Shown in pieces: positions 50,536-64,000 of a stretch of DNA of 64,000 nt. Origin of the DNA: the human T2T-CHM13v2.0 reference genome, Homo sapiens; assembly GCF_009914755.1 (NCBI RefSeq), contig NC_060925.1; one strand, 5' to 3'. Each line of letters opens with the position of its first letter. Position 1 is the first letter of the stretch. The notes below the pieces were generated by a model. The model did no database searches, was not told the DNA's origin, and worked only from the letters and a program-made list of their open reading frames with translations. A program made the position numbers and the translations under genes.

Positions 50536-53500
50536 CACCACGCAGGGCCCCCTGGTTTGGGCCCAAACACAGCTGCCCCACTCTGGGCTGACCACACCTA
50601 TTGGTAGCAGCTCTGCATTTCTCTGGGATGGGGCCCAAGAAACATGTGAAAGGCCCTCTTCCACAACACTGCCAGGACCCTGCTCACACTGCCTCCAGGC
50701 TGAGGGGAACATAAAGCCTGAGTCACCCCAGAGGTGTGGCCTGTAGCCCAGGAGTACCAAGCTGAGATCTACAGCCAGCACTAAAGGAGGAAGAGGAGCC
50801 CACACTTTCAGAGCACTGAGAGGGAGCAAGCCTGCAATTGTGAGAAAATAGGCCCTTGTTCAGCCCCACGGCTCCTCTATCTACCGGCCATTATGCTTAA
50901 GCACCATCTACTGGATCACAGCCCAAACTTCGACACCAAAAATACTCTAATATACCTCCCCATGAAACCAAGGCCAAGAACTCAGCTATGAGTAAAGACC
51001 CTGCACAAAGCCTTGGGCCCTCTGAAAACATCCAGAAGTCAACTGACTGTACTCAAGTTACACCACAGTGAAGGTGACATGAGCCCACACAGATGAGAAG
51101 GAACCAGTGCAAGAACTCTGGCAACTCAAAAAGCCAGAGCATCTTTTCTCCAAACAAATGCACTAGCTCCCCCAACTAGGGTTCTTAAGTAGTCTAAAAT
51201 GGTTGAAATGACAGAAATAGGATTCAGAATATAGATAGGAATGAAGACCATCAAGATTCGGGAGAGAGTTGAAACCCAATCCAAAGAATCTAAGGATTAC
51301 AATAAAATAATACAGGAGTGATCGATGAAATGGCCATTATAAGAACCAAACTGATCTGTGAGAGCTGGAAAACACACTACAAGAATTTCTTAATACAGTT
51401 ACAAATATTAATAGCAGATAGGACTAAGCTGAAGAAAATCTCAGAGCTTGAAGATGTACTCTAAACTCAGAAAAAATTAAAAATTAAAAAGAGTGAAGAA
51501 AACATCTGAGAAATATGGAATTATGTAAAGAGACCAAATCTATGATTTATATGGTATCTCTGAAACAGAGCGGGAGAAGACAAGCAATTTAGGAGACACA
51601 TTTCAGGAAATTGTCCATGAAAATTTCCCCGATGTTGTTAGAGAGGCCAATATTCAAATTGAGAGCACTGAGAGAGAACACATTTGGTCTCCCCTGTGAG
51701 CCCTTTGTCCTCTTGCTCATCACCAGGAAGGGCCCCCCTGGTTTAGGCCCATGACACAGCTGTAACACTCTGGATCAATCACACCTATTGGTAGCAGCTC
51801 TGCATTTCTCCATATTCATGTGGGGTAAAGTGTGGTTGGTCGGAGGAAGGTAGACACTCTGGCAACTCAAAAAGCCAGAGTTCTTGCACTGGTTTGTTCT
51901 CATCTGTGTGGGCTCATATCCCTTTAACTGTGGTGTAATTTGAGTACAATTAACTTTTTTCTGCAAGACACAACACAAGAAGTCCATCACTAAGATACAT
52001 AGTCATCAGATTCTCGAAGATGGAAAACAAGAAAAATGTTAAAGGCAGCTAGAGAAATGGGGCAGGTCACCTACAAAGGAAACCCCATAAGCTAACAGCA
52101 GATCCTTTAGCAGAAACTCTACAAACCAGAAGAGGTTGGGGGCCTATGTTCAGCATTCCTAAAGAAAAGAATTTTCAACCACGTATTTCATATCCAGCCA
52201 AAGGAAGCTTCATAAGCAAAGGAAAAATAAGATTCTTTTCAGACAATGCTAAGGGAGTTCCTTACAACCAGACCTGCCTTACAAGAGGTCCTGAAAGGAG
52301 TGTTAAATGTGGAAAGAAAAGACCATTACCAGTCACTACCAAAACACACTTAAATACATAGACCATTGACACTATAAAGCAACCACACAAACAAGCCTGC
52401 AAACAAACAAAAAAACACCTAGGAATAGGATGACAGGATCAAATCTACACATATCAATGTTAATCTTGAATGTAAACAAGCTAACTGCCTCAAAGGGCAC
52501 AGAGTGGGAAGCTGGATAAAGAAGATTCAAAGGTATGCTGTCATCAAAAGACCCATTTAACATGCAATGACACCAATAGGCTCAAAGTAAAGGGATGGAA
52601 AAAAATCTACCAAGCAAATGGAAACAAAGAAGCAAGGGTTTCGATTCTAGTTTCAGGCAAAACAGACTTCAAACCAGCAAAGGTCACAAAAGACAAAGAT
52701 GGCCATAATATAATGCTACAGGTTTCCATTCAACAAGATCTAACTATCCTAGCTATCTATGCATACAACACAGAAGCACCCAGGTTCATGAAGCAAGTTC
52801 TTAAAGACCTACAAAGATACTCAGACTCCCATACAATAATAATGGGAGATTTCAGCATCCCACTGACAGTATTGAGGCAAAAAGCTAACAAAGAGACTTG
52901 AGACCTAAACTCAACACTTGGCCAAATGGACGTAATAGACATCTTCAGAACTCTGAACCCCAAAACAGAATATACATTCTTCTCACGTGTACACAGCATA
53001 TACTCCAAAATTGACCAATCGGACACAAAACAATCCTCAGCAACTTAATTATACCAACCATATTCTTGGACCACAGTGCAATAAATAGAGATCAATACTA
53101 AGAAAATCACTCAAAACAAAGTTATATGAAAATTAAATATGCTAATGGTGACCTTTTTGTAGACAACAAAATTAAGGCAGAAATCAAGAAATTATTTGAA
53201 ACTAATGAGAACAAAGGTAAAATATACCAGAATCTCTAGGATGTAGCTAAAGAAGTGTTGAGGAGTCTGCAACACTAAATATCCACATGAAAAAGTCAGA
53301 AAGACCTAAAATTAACAACCTAACATCACACACTTAGAACTAGAGAAACAAAAGCAAACCAACTCCAAAACTAGCAAAGAACTAATCAAAATCAGAGCTT
53401 AATGGGAGGAAATTGAGATGTGAAAAACCATACGAAAGATCAACGAATCCAGGAGTTGGTATTTGAAAAACATAAAGAGACAAATAGACCACTAGATAGA

Positions 53501-56172
53501 CTAAGAAAAAAGAGAAGCTACAAATAAGTACAATCAGGATTGTCAAAGAGTTCATTACCAGCAACCTGACAGAAACACCAACCAAAGAAAACCCTCAGAC
53601 TACTATGAACAGCTTTATGCTAGAGAATCTAGAAGAAATCAATGAATTCCTGGACACATACAACCTCTCAACATTGAATCAGGATGAAACAGAATCCCTG
53701 AACAGACCATTAAAAAGTTCTGAAATTAAATTCACAATAGAAAGCCTGCCAACTACAAAAAGTCCAGGACCAGACAGATTCATAACTAAATTCTGCAAGA
53801 GGTACAAAGAAGAGCTCATATCATTCCTACAGAAAGTATTCCAAATAATTGAGGAGAGACCCCTCCCTAACTTATTCTATAAGGCCAGCATCATCCTGAT
53901 CTCAAAACCTGGCAGAGACACACACACAAAAAGAAAAACTTCAGGCCAGTATCTTTGATTAACAGATGCAAAAATCTTCAACAAAATACAAATAGAATCT
54001 AACAGCACATCAAAAAGTTTATCCACCGTGACCAAAGTAGGATTCATCCCTGGGATGCAAGGTTGGTTCAACATCACATCACATAGAATTAAAAACAAAA
54101 ACCAAATGATTATCTCAATGATTCAGAAAAGGCTTTTGATAAATTTTAACTCCCATGTTAAAAACTCTCAATTAAACTAGTCATTGAAGAAATATACCTC
54201 AAAATAACAAATGCCTTCTATGAAAACTCCACAGTGATCATACTGAATGTGCAAAAGCTGGAAGCATTTCCCTTAAAAACCAGCACAAGAAAAGGATGCC
54301 CTCTCTCACCACTCCTATTCAACATAGTATTGGAAGTTCTGGCCAGAGCAATCAGCAAGAGAAGGAAATAAAAGACATCCAAATAGGAAGAAAAAAACCT
54401 CAAACTATCCCTGCTTGCAGACAACATGATACTATATCTAGTAAACCACATGGTCTCTGTCCCAAAGCTCCTTGATCTGATAAACAACTTCAGCAAAGTT
54501 TCAGGATATAAAATCAAGGTACAAAACTCAGTAGCCTTCCTATGCACTAACATTCATGCTGAGAGCCAAATCAAGAATGCAATCTCCTTCATAATAGCCA
54601 CGAAAATAAAATATCTAGGAATACAGCTAACTGGAGGTGAAAGATCTCTACAATGAAAGTTACAAAACACTGCTCAAAGAAATGAGAGATGAAACAAATG
54701 GAAAAGCATTACATGCTCACGAATAGGAAGAATCAATACCATGAAAATGGTCATCCTGCCCAAGGCAATTTCCAGATTCAGTGCTATTCACATATAAAAC
54801 TACCTATGGAATTCTTCACAGAATTAGAAAAAAATATTTTAAAATTCACATGGAACCAAAAAAGAGCCCAAATAGCCAAGGCAATTCTAAGCAAAAGAAC
54901 AAAGCTGGAGGCATCACACTACCCAACTTTAAATCATGCAACAGAGCTACAGTAACCAAAACAGCACAGTACTGGTACAAAAACAGATATATAGACCAAT
55001 GGGACAAAGTAGAGAGCCCAGAAATAATGACACACACCTAAAACCATCTGATCTTCAACAAGGTGAACAAAAACAAGCAATAGGGAAAGAACTCCGTGTT
55101 CAGTAAATGTTGCTAAAATAACTGTATAGCCGTAATGCAAAAGATTGAAACTGGACCCCTTCCTTATACTACATAGAAAAGTCAACTCAAGATTGATTAA
55201 ACCCTTAACTGTAAAACCTAAAACCATAAAACATCTGGAAAATAACCTAAGAAATATCATTCTAGACATAGGACCCAGAAAAGATTTTACGGTGAAGATG
55301 GCAATAGCAAGGTCAAGCAAGGTCAACAAAAGTGAAAACTGACAAATGGGATCTAATTAGACCAAACAGCTTTTGCACAGTGGGCAAAGGATATTAACAG
55401 ATACTTTTCCAAAAATGACTTACATGCAGGCAACAAGGATATAAAAAATGCTCAATATCACTAACCATTAGAGAAGTCCAAATGAAAACCACAATGAGAT
55501 ACCATCTCACACCTGTCAGTGTGTCTATTACTAAAAAGTAAAAAAATAACAGATACTGGTTAGGTTGCAGAGAATAGGGAATGCTTATACACTCCTGTTG
55601 GGAATGTAAATTAGTTCAGCCATTGTGAAAGTAGTTTGGCAATTTCTGAAAGAACGTAGAATTACCTTTTGACCCAAAGGAATATAAATCATTCTACCAC
55701 GAAGTCACACACACACACATGTTCTTCACAGCATCGTTCATAATAGCCAAGAAATGGAATCAACCTAAACGCACATCAATGGTAGACTGAATCAAGAAAA
55801 TACTGTACATATACATCATGGAATACATGCAGCCAGAAAAAACAAGATCTTGTTTTTTGTGGCAATGTTGATGGAGCTAGAGGCCACTATACTAAGTAAA
55901 CTAACACAGAAACAGAAAACCAAATACCACATATTTTCACTTATGAGTGGGAGCTAAACAGAGTACCTACGGACACAAAGAATAACAGACCCCCCCCACC
56001 GGGCCTACTTGAGGGTGTAGGGAGGAAAGTGAGGACTGAAAACCTACCTATCAGGAACTATGCTTATCACTTGGGTGGTGAAATAATCAGTGACATGCAA
56101 CTTACCTATATAACAAACCTGCACATGTACCCCTCAACCTGAAATAAAAGTTGGAAAAAAAACTTTAAAAAA
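50536..56172 (+). mobile_element. Near full-length L1PA15/16-like element, decayed
   Basis: Partial 5'UTR; ORF1 (KNFQPRISYPAK); ORF2 from ~52430 (EN IIMGDFSIPLT, SPGPD, RT FADDM-like); 3'UTR; aataaa and A-tail; rearranged insert at 51661-51960. Confidence 0.9.
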
Positions 56173-56599
56173 GAATGTCTCAAGGACAAATGCTGTTAGA
56201 ATAAAACTACCAATCCCGAATTGTAAACCCAGCTATACTATCATTCAAAAGTAAGGGTAGTTAGACAGGAGAAATAAGTTTAGATCTATTGTATAACATG
56301 ATGATTACAGTTTATATCTATGTATTATATATTTATTTTCAAATTGCTAGATTTTAAATACTCCACCACTCAAAAATTATAGGATGTGAAGTAATTGATA
56401 TGTTGATTAGCTTGATTTTGTCTTTCCAAAATGTGTATATATGTATATACATATTAAAACATTGGGTTGTACACCATATATACAATTGTCAATTAAAATA
56501 TAAACTTAAAAATTTGAAAGAAAATGGTAATAAAAAATTAAAAGGATTAAATTAACAAAAGATATTTTCAGGCCTTTTTTGAAACATAAGTGTTTACCA

Positions 56600-58150
56600 C
56601 TCAGTGAAGGGACTCTTATGTTTAAAGCATAAATACAGAAGAATCAAGATGTTGGGAGAAAAAACAGCAACAAAGTTTTGGAAGCTGGAAAGCCAAAGGA
56701 AACTTTTTGACTCAAAAATCTCAAAGCAGAACACTGAGCTGGTGAGTGGAGAAGTTCGGAAGCAAGTTGATTCCTACTGGAAGAACTCCTAATCAGGTCT
56801 GTCTAAATATTACAGGTAACATTGAAATGGAAGGCTTGGCTAAAAGTTTGTATAAAAACTGTTATACACGCACTTTAGTTAGACAACCCTTCCTCCCCGA
56901 CCTGACGCGACACTAACTTGGGAGGTGGTGGTGTACCCAAAGGGCTCTGGGATTGGAAAACAGACATTGCGTGGGTGTAAGTGGGAAGTCTGCGCCCTAC
57001 ATTGTGAAGCACACCAGCACGTTTCCCCAACGTGGGTTCTCAGAATGCTGGCAGCCCCCAGAAAGATTTGCAGAGGAAGCAGACCATACCAAAGAAAATA
57101 CCTAGGAATACTGACATTTGAGGTTTCCAAAATAAGTCATTTACATCATAGTTTAGTGACTCCTACTCGTTAAGGCTTGTCCTTATCCAGAGACTAACAT
57201 TAGGAGAGAGACAGGGATTACAAAACTTGAGGAAAGCTTCTAAAATAAAAGGCAGAAATCACACAAATCAGTGAAAATAAGAGGAAATACAGTATGCAGT
57301 AATTAGAGAAACTCTTTCTATAAAAGATAACTGACTAATCTGCTATGACAGATAAGAACATACGAACAGATATTAAACTAGAACAGGGTGTTTTAAACAG
57401 AGCATTGGAGAAATTTTTAAGAGTTCTTGAACATTTAGATTATGGCAGTGTAGACTGTAAAGTAGGACAAGACAGATGCAAAAGAAGGTAGAAGAAGAGA
57501 TCCAGTTTGTGAGTCAGGAGGCAAATCAAGTAATAAAAATTCCAGAGGAAAAGAATGTTTTAGATGGAAGGAAAGCACATATTTCAGTCATGTTTCAGAG
57601 CAAAAATTCTGGAATTGAAAGACACGTTTCAAGATTAAAAGGTTCATCAATTGCCCAACATAATTGTTAAAAAGAGCCCTTATGAAGACATTATGAATGT
57701 TTAACACGACTGCCAAAGGAGAGCCTGAAGCCTCCAGGGGGCGACAACACAACTAAAATTGAGAGCATGGAACTCCCAGGAGAAATACTGAATGTTAGAA
57801 GACAATGGAGGAGGGACATCCTCATATTCATGAGGGAAAGCTTTTTTCAGCCTACACATTGACACCTGGCCAGATCTACTGTCAAAGTGGGAGGATAAAA
57901 AAAGTCATTTTCAAACATGCAAGGCCTTTAAAAAATTTCCTCCCACGTACTTTGTTTATAAACCTGTTGAAAGACATGCTCCACAATGGGGAGGTTTTAA
58001 AGTAGAAGACGTGGTACACAGACAATCAAGAATCCAGAGGGTCATGGGGAAGAGGCAGCATCTCAGGAGGAGCCCCGTGCAGCGCAGCCCATCTCTGGGG
58101 CAAGCAGCCTGGATGGAAGCGGCAGAGCAGGGGCTGCAGAAGAGGGAGGG
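56600..58150 (+). mobile_element. HAL1/L1ME-like ORF1-containing remnant
   Basis: ORF1-like gaatgttagaagacaatgg; aaacctgttgaaagacatgctccac. Confidence 0.5.
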
Positions 58151-58219
58151 CTGTGAAGACGGCACCGAGAATTCCTGAGGGAGTCACAGTTTCAACAGGA
58201 TATTTATCAGAAGGAGATT

Positions 58220-58350
58220 CTATATACATATATATATATATACACACACACATACACATATAGAGATTAGTCAGTTTTCTTTCATGTATACATATATATG
58301 TATATATACACACACACCCATATATATGTATATACAAATACATATATCTC
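58220..58350. repeat. (TA)n/(CA)n simple repeats followed by a short Alu fragment (58351-58400)
   Basis: Read directly; ctagctactggggaggctgaggtgggaggattgc. Confidence 0.8.
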
Positions 58351-59099
58351 CTAGCTACTGGGGAGGCTGAGGTGGGAGGATTGCTAGAGACCAGGAGCTC
58401 AATCTCTTTCTTGACCCAGATGGTCAAGAATGATTACCAACCCTCAAAACCCGTCCTGTCCCCCCATTCAGTCACCAAAGTGATTGTGACTCTGACTTCT
58501 GACATGGTATTCTATCAGTGTCAATCTTCCATCTCTGCTCTTTAGACCTATCTGCCTCTCAGAGCATGCTCACAGGAGACTGAACCACACAACCTGCTTG
58601 TGCCCCTTAGAGTCCTCTTGTAGCCCAGCTTGCCCTCTGCACTTGCTCTTCTGCATATCACTGATGGCAGCTAGTTTTGGGACCTTGTTCACCAAGTCAG
58701 GTTTTGAGAGGTGAAGTCAAATTTTGTTCATAACTACTCTAGGCTCTTCATTAATGGCTGGGACTCTGGAAATAAGCTCATTCTGATGGAAAGGCTAATA
58801 AGGAATCTGTTTTCTTTTTAAAAATTCTTTTAATCTTCCCATTTTTGTGTCTTTTCTCTTTACTGGTATTTGAAATGCACATCTTTGTAACCAGGTCACA
58901 AGAATGATTTTGCTTGGATTGTTTGGTGGCTTCAGACATAGGGTTCAGAAGCATCTTTCAATGTCATTATCTTTTTATCAGATCTTGAATTGCTTATTTG
59001 TTGTTTGTGTATGTTTATGTCCATGGGCACTAATATGGGTTCTTCTCACTACAAAAATCAGGGTCCCCTTCCTAAAATTCCGGCTAAATACTAAAGGGT

Positions 59100-59688
59100 T
59101 TTAAACCAAAAGTAAAATTCTAAGGCTCCCTCAACCATCTGAATAGGGCCCTCGTCTCAGCAAAGGCATTCCAAAGTTAACCTGATAAACTAGTTCAGGC
59201 CATGATAGGAAGGAAGAGCTTGACATGCCTCAGGATACCCTCCCTCCCTTTTGGAATTACTGATAGAACAGATTCTTTAAGACTTAAGTCTGATTAAAAA
59301 ACATTTACAATCTTCTCTCTGAAGCCTGCTTGTTGGAGGCCTCATCTACAAGATCAAGTCTTGGTCTCCACAAACCCTTACCATAACCAGACATTTCTTT
59401 CTACTGATAAACAACTCTTTCAGCTAATTGCCAATCAGAAAATCTTTGAATCTGCCTCTGACTTAGAAACTCCTGCTTCCAATTGTTGTGTGTTTCCAGG
59501 TCAAACCACTGTACATCTTATACATGTTGACTGATGTCTTATGTCTCCCTAAAATGCGTAACACCAAGTTGTCCGGCCACCTCAGACCCGTGTTTCTCAG
59601 GATCTTCTGAGGGTGGTTCCATGGGCCATTGGTCACTCATTTGGCTCAGAATAAATCTTAAAATACAGGGTTTGACTTTTCATCGACA
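59100..59688 (+). mobile_element. Complete ERV1 MER4-group solo LTR
   Basis: t(t)taaaccaaaagtaaaattctaag...aataaa...tcgaca; 4-bp TSD GGGT at 59096-59099 / 59689-59692. Confidence 0.88.
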
Positions 59689-59853
59689 GGGTATACAATT
59701 TATATAATTTTCAATGAATAGTAAAAATTAAACTGTAGTATTTAGGAATATTTATCCAGTCATGCAAGAAAAAATCCAGGGAATAATTACTATGAAATTC
59801 ATTTGGCAAAATAACTGACCAATATTCTTCGCTGTCAAGGCCCAACTAAAGAA

Positions 59854-60270
59854 ATGTTAGAAACTTAACTGAAATGAGTGAGAATTGCTCAGTCAAGTTT
59901 CATTAAGCCAATATTAGAGTATGTCTAGAAAAATAAGCCACAGACACACCCATGGCCATTTTTCCAAAGAGGTTTTTAGAACACTCAGTACGTATACATT
60001 TTCTTAAGGTGGGGGAAGGCATATAGGAAGATGGGCGGGTTGGTGGTAAGGTCAATGGTTACGTTTCTGTGAGACTTCAGTTAGTGCCCAGTAAATGTAC
60101 ATTTTACACAGGATAAGGTGAATGTCTGAAGAGAAAGAAGGAGCCAAGGAAGAGTCAATTATGCAGAAGTCCCTGGGTAGGTGGAGGAATGATTTGTCTC
60201 ATCTGGTCTTTCTTCTGCTCCTGGAAAGAAGCTTGTCATCAACATTATCAGTGTGCAATTGAGCAGACAG
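59854..60270 (-). mobile_element. ERV1 MER4-group LTR fragment
   Basis: Resembles the antisense LTR at 8903-9373; truncated at an Alu. Confidence 0.55.
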
Positions 60271-60485
60271 AAGAGTTCAAGACCAGCCTGGCCAATATGG
60301 TGAAACCCTGTCTCTACTAAAAATACAAAAAATTAGCCAGGCATGGTGGTGGGTGCCTGTAATCCCAGCTACTTGAGAGGCTGTGGCAGGAGAATCACTT
60401 GAACCCAGGAGGGGAGGTTACACTGAGCTGAGATCATGCCATTGCACTCCAGCGTGGGCAGCAAGAGCAAAACTGTTTCAAAATA
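60271..60485 (+). mobile_element. 5'-truncated AluS
   Basis: agagttcaagaccagcctggccaatatggtgaaaccc...gcaagagcaaaactgtttcaaaa. Confidence 0.9.
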
Positions 60486-62699
60486 ATGTCAGCATTAAGA
60501 GAAATTGAGTGACGGCCACATTGGAAGCTCATTGTGCTAATTTTGCACATTTTTGCATGTCTAATAGTTCAAATGAAAGTTAGAGACATTTAGAATAATG
60601 CCTGTTTTTGCCCTGGGGCATGTGCGGTGATCAAACAAGAGCGCCCTGGAGTGCTGGTTATGTTCCGTTTCTTGATGGGGTGCGGGGTTATTTCATGAAT
60701 GGTTTCACAACTGTTTTCTTGAGATGATTAATAATGAGTTTTGCATGGCATTTCTAATGTTATATTTCATAGTATAAGAAGAGATTAACACTGATTTATA
60801 ATGTGATTTTCTTAGAAGCCCTGCTGTTGCCTGCGTCATTAAGTGGTGATTCAATTCACTCCCTAAAATTACAAAGTGGCTGGAATTAAATATCCCCAAG
60901 CAAAGACTTCTTTCCTCTATGTTGTAGCAAATTCAGTAACTTTTCAAGTTTTACCAAATAAAGTGAGGAATATTAACTATAATATTTAAAGCTATTAAAT
61001 TCTATCTATAATTACAGAAATATATATGGAGAAACAAACTTTTTGGCAAATTATTTGGCAATAAATAATCATAGATTCAAGGTTTTTATACAATTCATTG
61101 TATTTTTTCCAATTGATTCTGGAGGGATTACAGAGTAAAAATAACTGCTAAAATGCAGAAAATGTTTAATAACAAAAATGATGTCACCATCAGTCCAAAG
61201 GTACCGATATTATTCATTTTTTTTTTTTATTCTCCTAATGATACATGCAGTTTTAAAGAATAGAGAACACATGGTGTTGTTTTAGGATAATGTCATATTA
61301 CTAACTGGCCACAAGGTGTCAGGAGGAGGATGTCATGGTGTCCCATAGTAACAATCACTTGGGACTTCATATTCATGTATAGATTTCTTCTTCCTGTACA
61401 GATAGATCAGCAAGCCAAGAGAAAGTGGGGAGATATATAACCATCTTAGACGCAATCGCAAATGTCTCAGTGCAGTACCTGAGGTAGAAGCTATTCAACG
61501 AATCAAGGAACTCCTGATGAGAGCTTTGCCCAGGGAACCCACAGAAGACGGCTTGGCTAGATCACTCAGGCAGAGCCCCCATGGCCTGAAGGAGCAACAG
61601 TTGTAGGCTTAGAAAATATCTGCTCTAAGAAGCCTCTTCCTCATTCTTCAACTATGATAGACTCTGAGCAAGATAGTAAACTATGGCACAGAGAGGTTAG
61701 GTAACATGCTCAGGGCACACAGCCCAGAAAGAAATAGGCTAATATTCAGACTCCAGGGGGTTCAAGCTCCAAGCATATGGCCTTATCACCCTTAAATTGC
61801 CTTTGAAATTGGCAGATGGGGTGGAAATAATTAAAGAACAGTTAAATATTCATGGGGAAAAAACCTTATAAAAAGCTGTTCAACATCTGAACAATCTGTT
61901 GCTGGGCATATATGCTGGTATCACACAGTATTTTAGTGAAATCTGTGTGCCCATCTCCTCTTGGTGCCAACTACAACTAGGACACTCAGAGCAGGGACAT
62001 TTTCCCACGCTAAATGGGAACCCATCACCAGAGAAGCCACCACCAAAGCCAAGATTACAGAGAGAATGTTTTAGGAGTAGGGTGGAATTTAACTTCTAAA
62101 CGTAAATAATTAACATTTTGAAATGAAGTGACAGTGTCACCTTATAATGCAAAATCATGCCATATTATACAAGAAACTCCACACCATGAAGAATTCTGCC
62201 TATACAACTTTTAATTGCCCAAAGAGACAAATTTATTGAAATAAACAGCTACTGAACATCTATTACATACTGCAAATTATATGCCTTGGAAAAGCATAAA
62301 TATGACACACTTTATTCACAAAGGAATAAGTTTGTAGTAGTAACAGCAGTTGCTGCTGTTATTTTGTCCTTGTTTTTAACATAATTCTAGTTAACATATT
62401 GAGTGCCTACTATTTTCTGGCCACCATCCCGAACACACATCATGAATCGTCTGACAAATGTGCTGTGCTAAATTCATAAATTCAATGCAAAGGAGGGGGA
62501 GTCCGAAGGTTGTCCTACAACCCAGATGTCTCTACTAGCTTATTAACTTACCTCTTCTCCAAGATGATTCTCTTCTCCTCTCAAACTTTTGACGGGACCA
62601 CCCTGATCTTTACTCATAGACGCTCTCATTGATTCTAACTGCACCGAGAAGATACAAACCATCGGAAGGGATCTTAGTTATAACACACGCTCTGCCTGA

Positions 62700-64000
<1,301 letters not shown>

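Noticed and set aside
41422-55342. ORFs resembling reverse transcriptase/endonuclease as an active retroelement
   Set aside because: All are short, frameshifted L1 ORF1/ORF2 remnants; no intact L1

Overview
AT-rich, repeat-dense primate (almost certainly human, chr1q44) olfactory-receptor cluster DNA. It holds two intact single-exon class II OR CDSs on the minus strand, recognised from their proteins as OR2T34 (12462-13418; near-identical paralog OR2T3) and OR2T10 (31486-32424), each with a splice acceptor just upstream of the true ATG. Most of the rest is LINE-1, L2, MIR, Alu, ERV1 (MER4-group) LTRs and DNA-transposon fossils, many with readable target-site duplications (TSDs). The least expected content is retroposed cellular RNA: a 5'-end-only KRT19 fragment (28838-29045, minus, CpG-rich), a 5'-end-only spliced ECT2 fragment (~39960-40524, plus), a hY1 Y-RNA retropseudogene with TSDs (33574-33689) and an unidentified 3'UTR-like insert (~38800-39045). 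The two 5'-only retrocopies point outward from an ~11.7 kb block containing OR2T10. Other candidates are a 60-nt uORF-bearing cassette exon for OR2T10, an orphan Lhx2/EBF-motif promoter-like element at ~48.1-48.5 kb, and several template-switch scars in L1s. I see no evidence of a new protein-coding system. All gene and repeat identities come from recalled sequences, not database searches, and most repeat boundaries are approximate.
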